Assembly (NCBI GenBank): GCA_036004705.1
Contig: DASYRF010000518.1
Location: 24 to 64,023, forward strand
Direction of reading: 5' to 3'
Length of the DNA stretch: 64,000 nucleotides
From: Myxococcota bacterium
GTDB taxonomy: Bacteria > Myxococcota_A > Polyangia > DASYRF01
Shown here: positions 60,057-64,000 of the stretch, one piece after another
Layout of the letters: each line of letters starts with the position of its first letter
How positions within the stretch are numbered: the stretch's first letter is position 1
Notes under the pieces: model-generated
What the model was told of the DNA's origin: nothing
Databases searched by the model: none
Seen by the model: only the letters and a program-made list of their open reading frames with translations
Program-made: the position numbers and the translations under genes

Positions 60057-61058
60057 TTGGCGAAGGATCGTCGGCGCTACACCGTGATGCTGATCCCTGA
60101 GCGCGGAGGTGCGGCGCGCTCGTACAAGGTGAAGCTTCGGAGCCTGCAGATCGTCGTGGCGGTGCTCGTCCTCGTCGTCGCCGCCGCCGCCGGCGTCGGC
60201 TTGCACCAGGCGTCGCTGGTGACACGCCTCGCCGCCGAGTCCGCCACCAATGCGGCCCTCGTCGAAGAGAACGCCGCGCTGGTGGCGCGGATCAACGACG
60301 TCGACCACAAGATGGGCGACGCCGCCAAGAAGCTGGCCTCCGTGGAGACGCTGGAAGGCCGCATCCGCGCCATGACCATGCTCAACGATCCGGAGCGCCA
60401 CCTCGAAATCGGCCCGCTGCCCGACCCAGGCGACGCCGCCGACGGGCGCGCCACTGGCACCGACCTCGCCGGCTCTGCGCGCGCCACCGGCGGGCCCGGC
60501 ACGGCACGCACGACCAGCGCCGCGTTCGGCGACGAGCGCGCCCTGCTCGTGGACCGCCTGGGCTTGCTCGACCTGCGCGGCGAGCTCCTGGCCGGCGAAG
60601 CCAGCGAGCGGGCCCGCTCGCTCGAAGAGCTCGTCCGCTACTTCGACGCCCGCGGCGCGCTGCTCGCCACCACCCCCTCCATCTGGCCGGTGCGCGGGTA
60701 CGTCACCAGCAACTTCGGCAGCCGTATCGATGAGCTCACCGGCGAGCGGCGCATGCACCCCGGGCTCGACGTCTCCGCTCCGATCGGTACGCCGGTGCGC
60801 GCTCCCGCCGACGGCCGCGTCGTCTTCGCCGGCGACGACTACGGCTACGGCAAGGCGGTCGAGATCGACCACGGGCGCGGGCTGTCGACGAAGTTCGGCC
60901 ACCTTTCCGCCTTCAAGGTGGCACCCGGCGCCGAGGTCAAGCGCGGCGACATCATCGCCCTCACCGGCAACACCGGGCGCTCCACCGGGCCGCACCTGCA
61001 CTACGAGGTGCACCTGTACGGCGTCCCCGAGAATCCCCGCCGCTACATCCTGGAGTAG
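60057..61058 (+). CDS. M23-family metallopeptidase with an N-terminal TM anchor and coiled coil
   Basis: TTG at 60057 has AAGGAG 5 nt upstream; alternative starts are GTG 60036 or an internal ATG. TM IVVAVLVLVVAAAAGVGL. Catalytic blocks HPGLD, GYGKAVEIDHG and TGRSTGPHLHYEV. Confidence 0.85.
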   Translation: MAKDRRRYTVMLIPERGGAARSYKVKLRSLQIVVAVLVLVVAAAAGVGLHQASLVTRLAAESATNAALVEENAALVARINDVDHKMGDAAKKLASVETLEGRIRAMTMLNDPERHLEIGPLPDPGDAADGRATGTDLAGSARATGGPGTARTTSAAFGDERALLVDRLGLLDLRGELLAGEASERARSLEELVRYFDARGALLATTPSIWPVRGYVTSNFGSRIDELTGERRMHPGLDVSAPIGTPVRAPADGRVVFAGDDYGYGKAVEIDHGRGLSTKFGHLSAFKVAPGAEVKRGDIIALTGNTGRSTGPHLHYEVHLYGVPENPRRYILE

Positions 61059-61146
61059 GCCCGGGTAGTGGACGGGCCCTCCTGCCTCTGGTAGCACAAT
61101 CGCCGGCACGACTTAGAATGTAGCGTTCCGGGAGGTCGAGACGCCG

Positions 61147-64000
<2,854 letters not shown>

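Overview
Very GC-rich window (over 70% by eye, not computed). Gene content and protein style suggest a Myxococcota-like deltaproteobacterium, which is inference only: lipobox lipoproteins, Cys-rich secreted modules, Gly/Ala/Pro low-complexity inserts, PrkA-YeaH-SpoVR, a GldG/DUF4340 ABC set and an ECF sigma/FecR pair. I call about 50 protein genes. I found no rRNA, tRNA, CRISPR array, transposase or integrase. Stop coordinates come from the ORF track. Starts were chosen by hand, using signal peptides, conserved N-termini, SD-like motifs and stop/start overlaps, and are less certain than stops. Layout: (1) 23-316, a 42-bp tandem array with two alternating palindromes. (2) 628-12516, minus strand: a same-strand gene string of GH57 amylase-like, GH57 branching enzyme, GalT-family transferase and a divergent GT5 glycogen synthase, followed after 3 nt by two paralogous beta-helix lipoproteins and two Cys-rich lipoproteins. 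(3) M19 dipeptidase, an arsC/aquaporin pair, a frameshifted ORF, a three-gene GMC-oxidoreductase module, and a GH114 lipoprotein overlapping grpE. (4) A four-gene ABC ATPase/ABC-2 permease/GldG/DUF4340 operon, then an EndoIII-like glycosylase and a 45-bp tandem repeat. (5) A redox locus at 27859-39308: octahaem membrane-anchored cytochrome c, aminotransferase, dihaem cytochrome c, a porin-like protein with one N-terminal CXXCH (Cyc2-like architecture), dnaJ on the other strand, cytochrome b fused to dihaem c, and a Rieske protein. (6) OM barrel protein, murJ, apbE, cupredoxin lipoprotein, DUF2867-like protein, Cys-rich lipoprotein and an ABC-2 exporter. (7) prkA-yeaH-spoVR, a four-gene ECF sigma/FecR/secreted protein/Cys-rich lipoprotein operon, a PP2C phosphatase, a degenerate ClpX paralogue, an M23 peptidase and secA (3' end cut by the window). 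The most interesting candidates are the Cyc2-like cytochrome-porin with its cytochrome neighbours, the alpha-glucan operon running into secreted beta-helix/Cys-rich lipoproteins, the ClpX paralogue that appears catalytically dead and lacks the ClpP-docking loop, and the phased palindrome array at the left edge.
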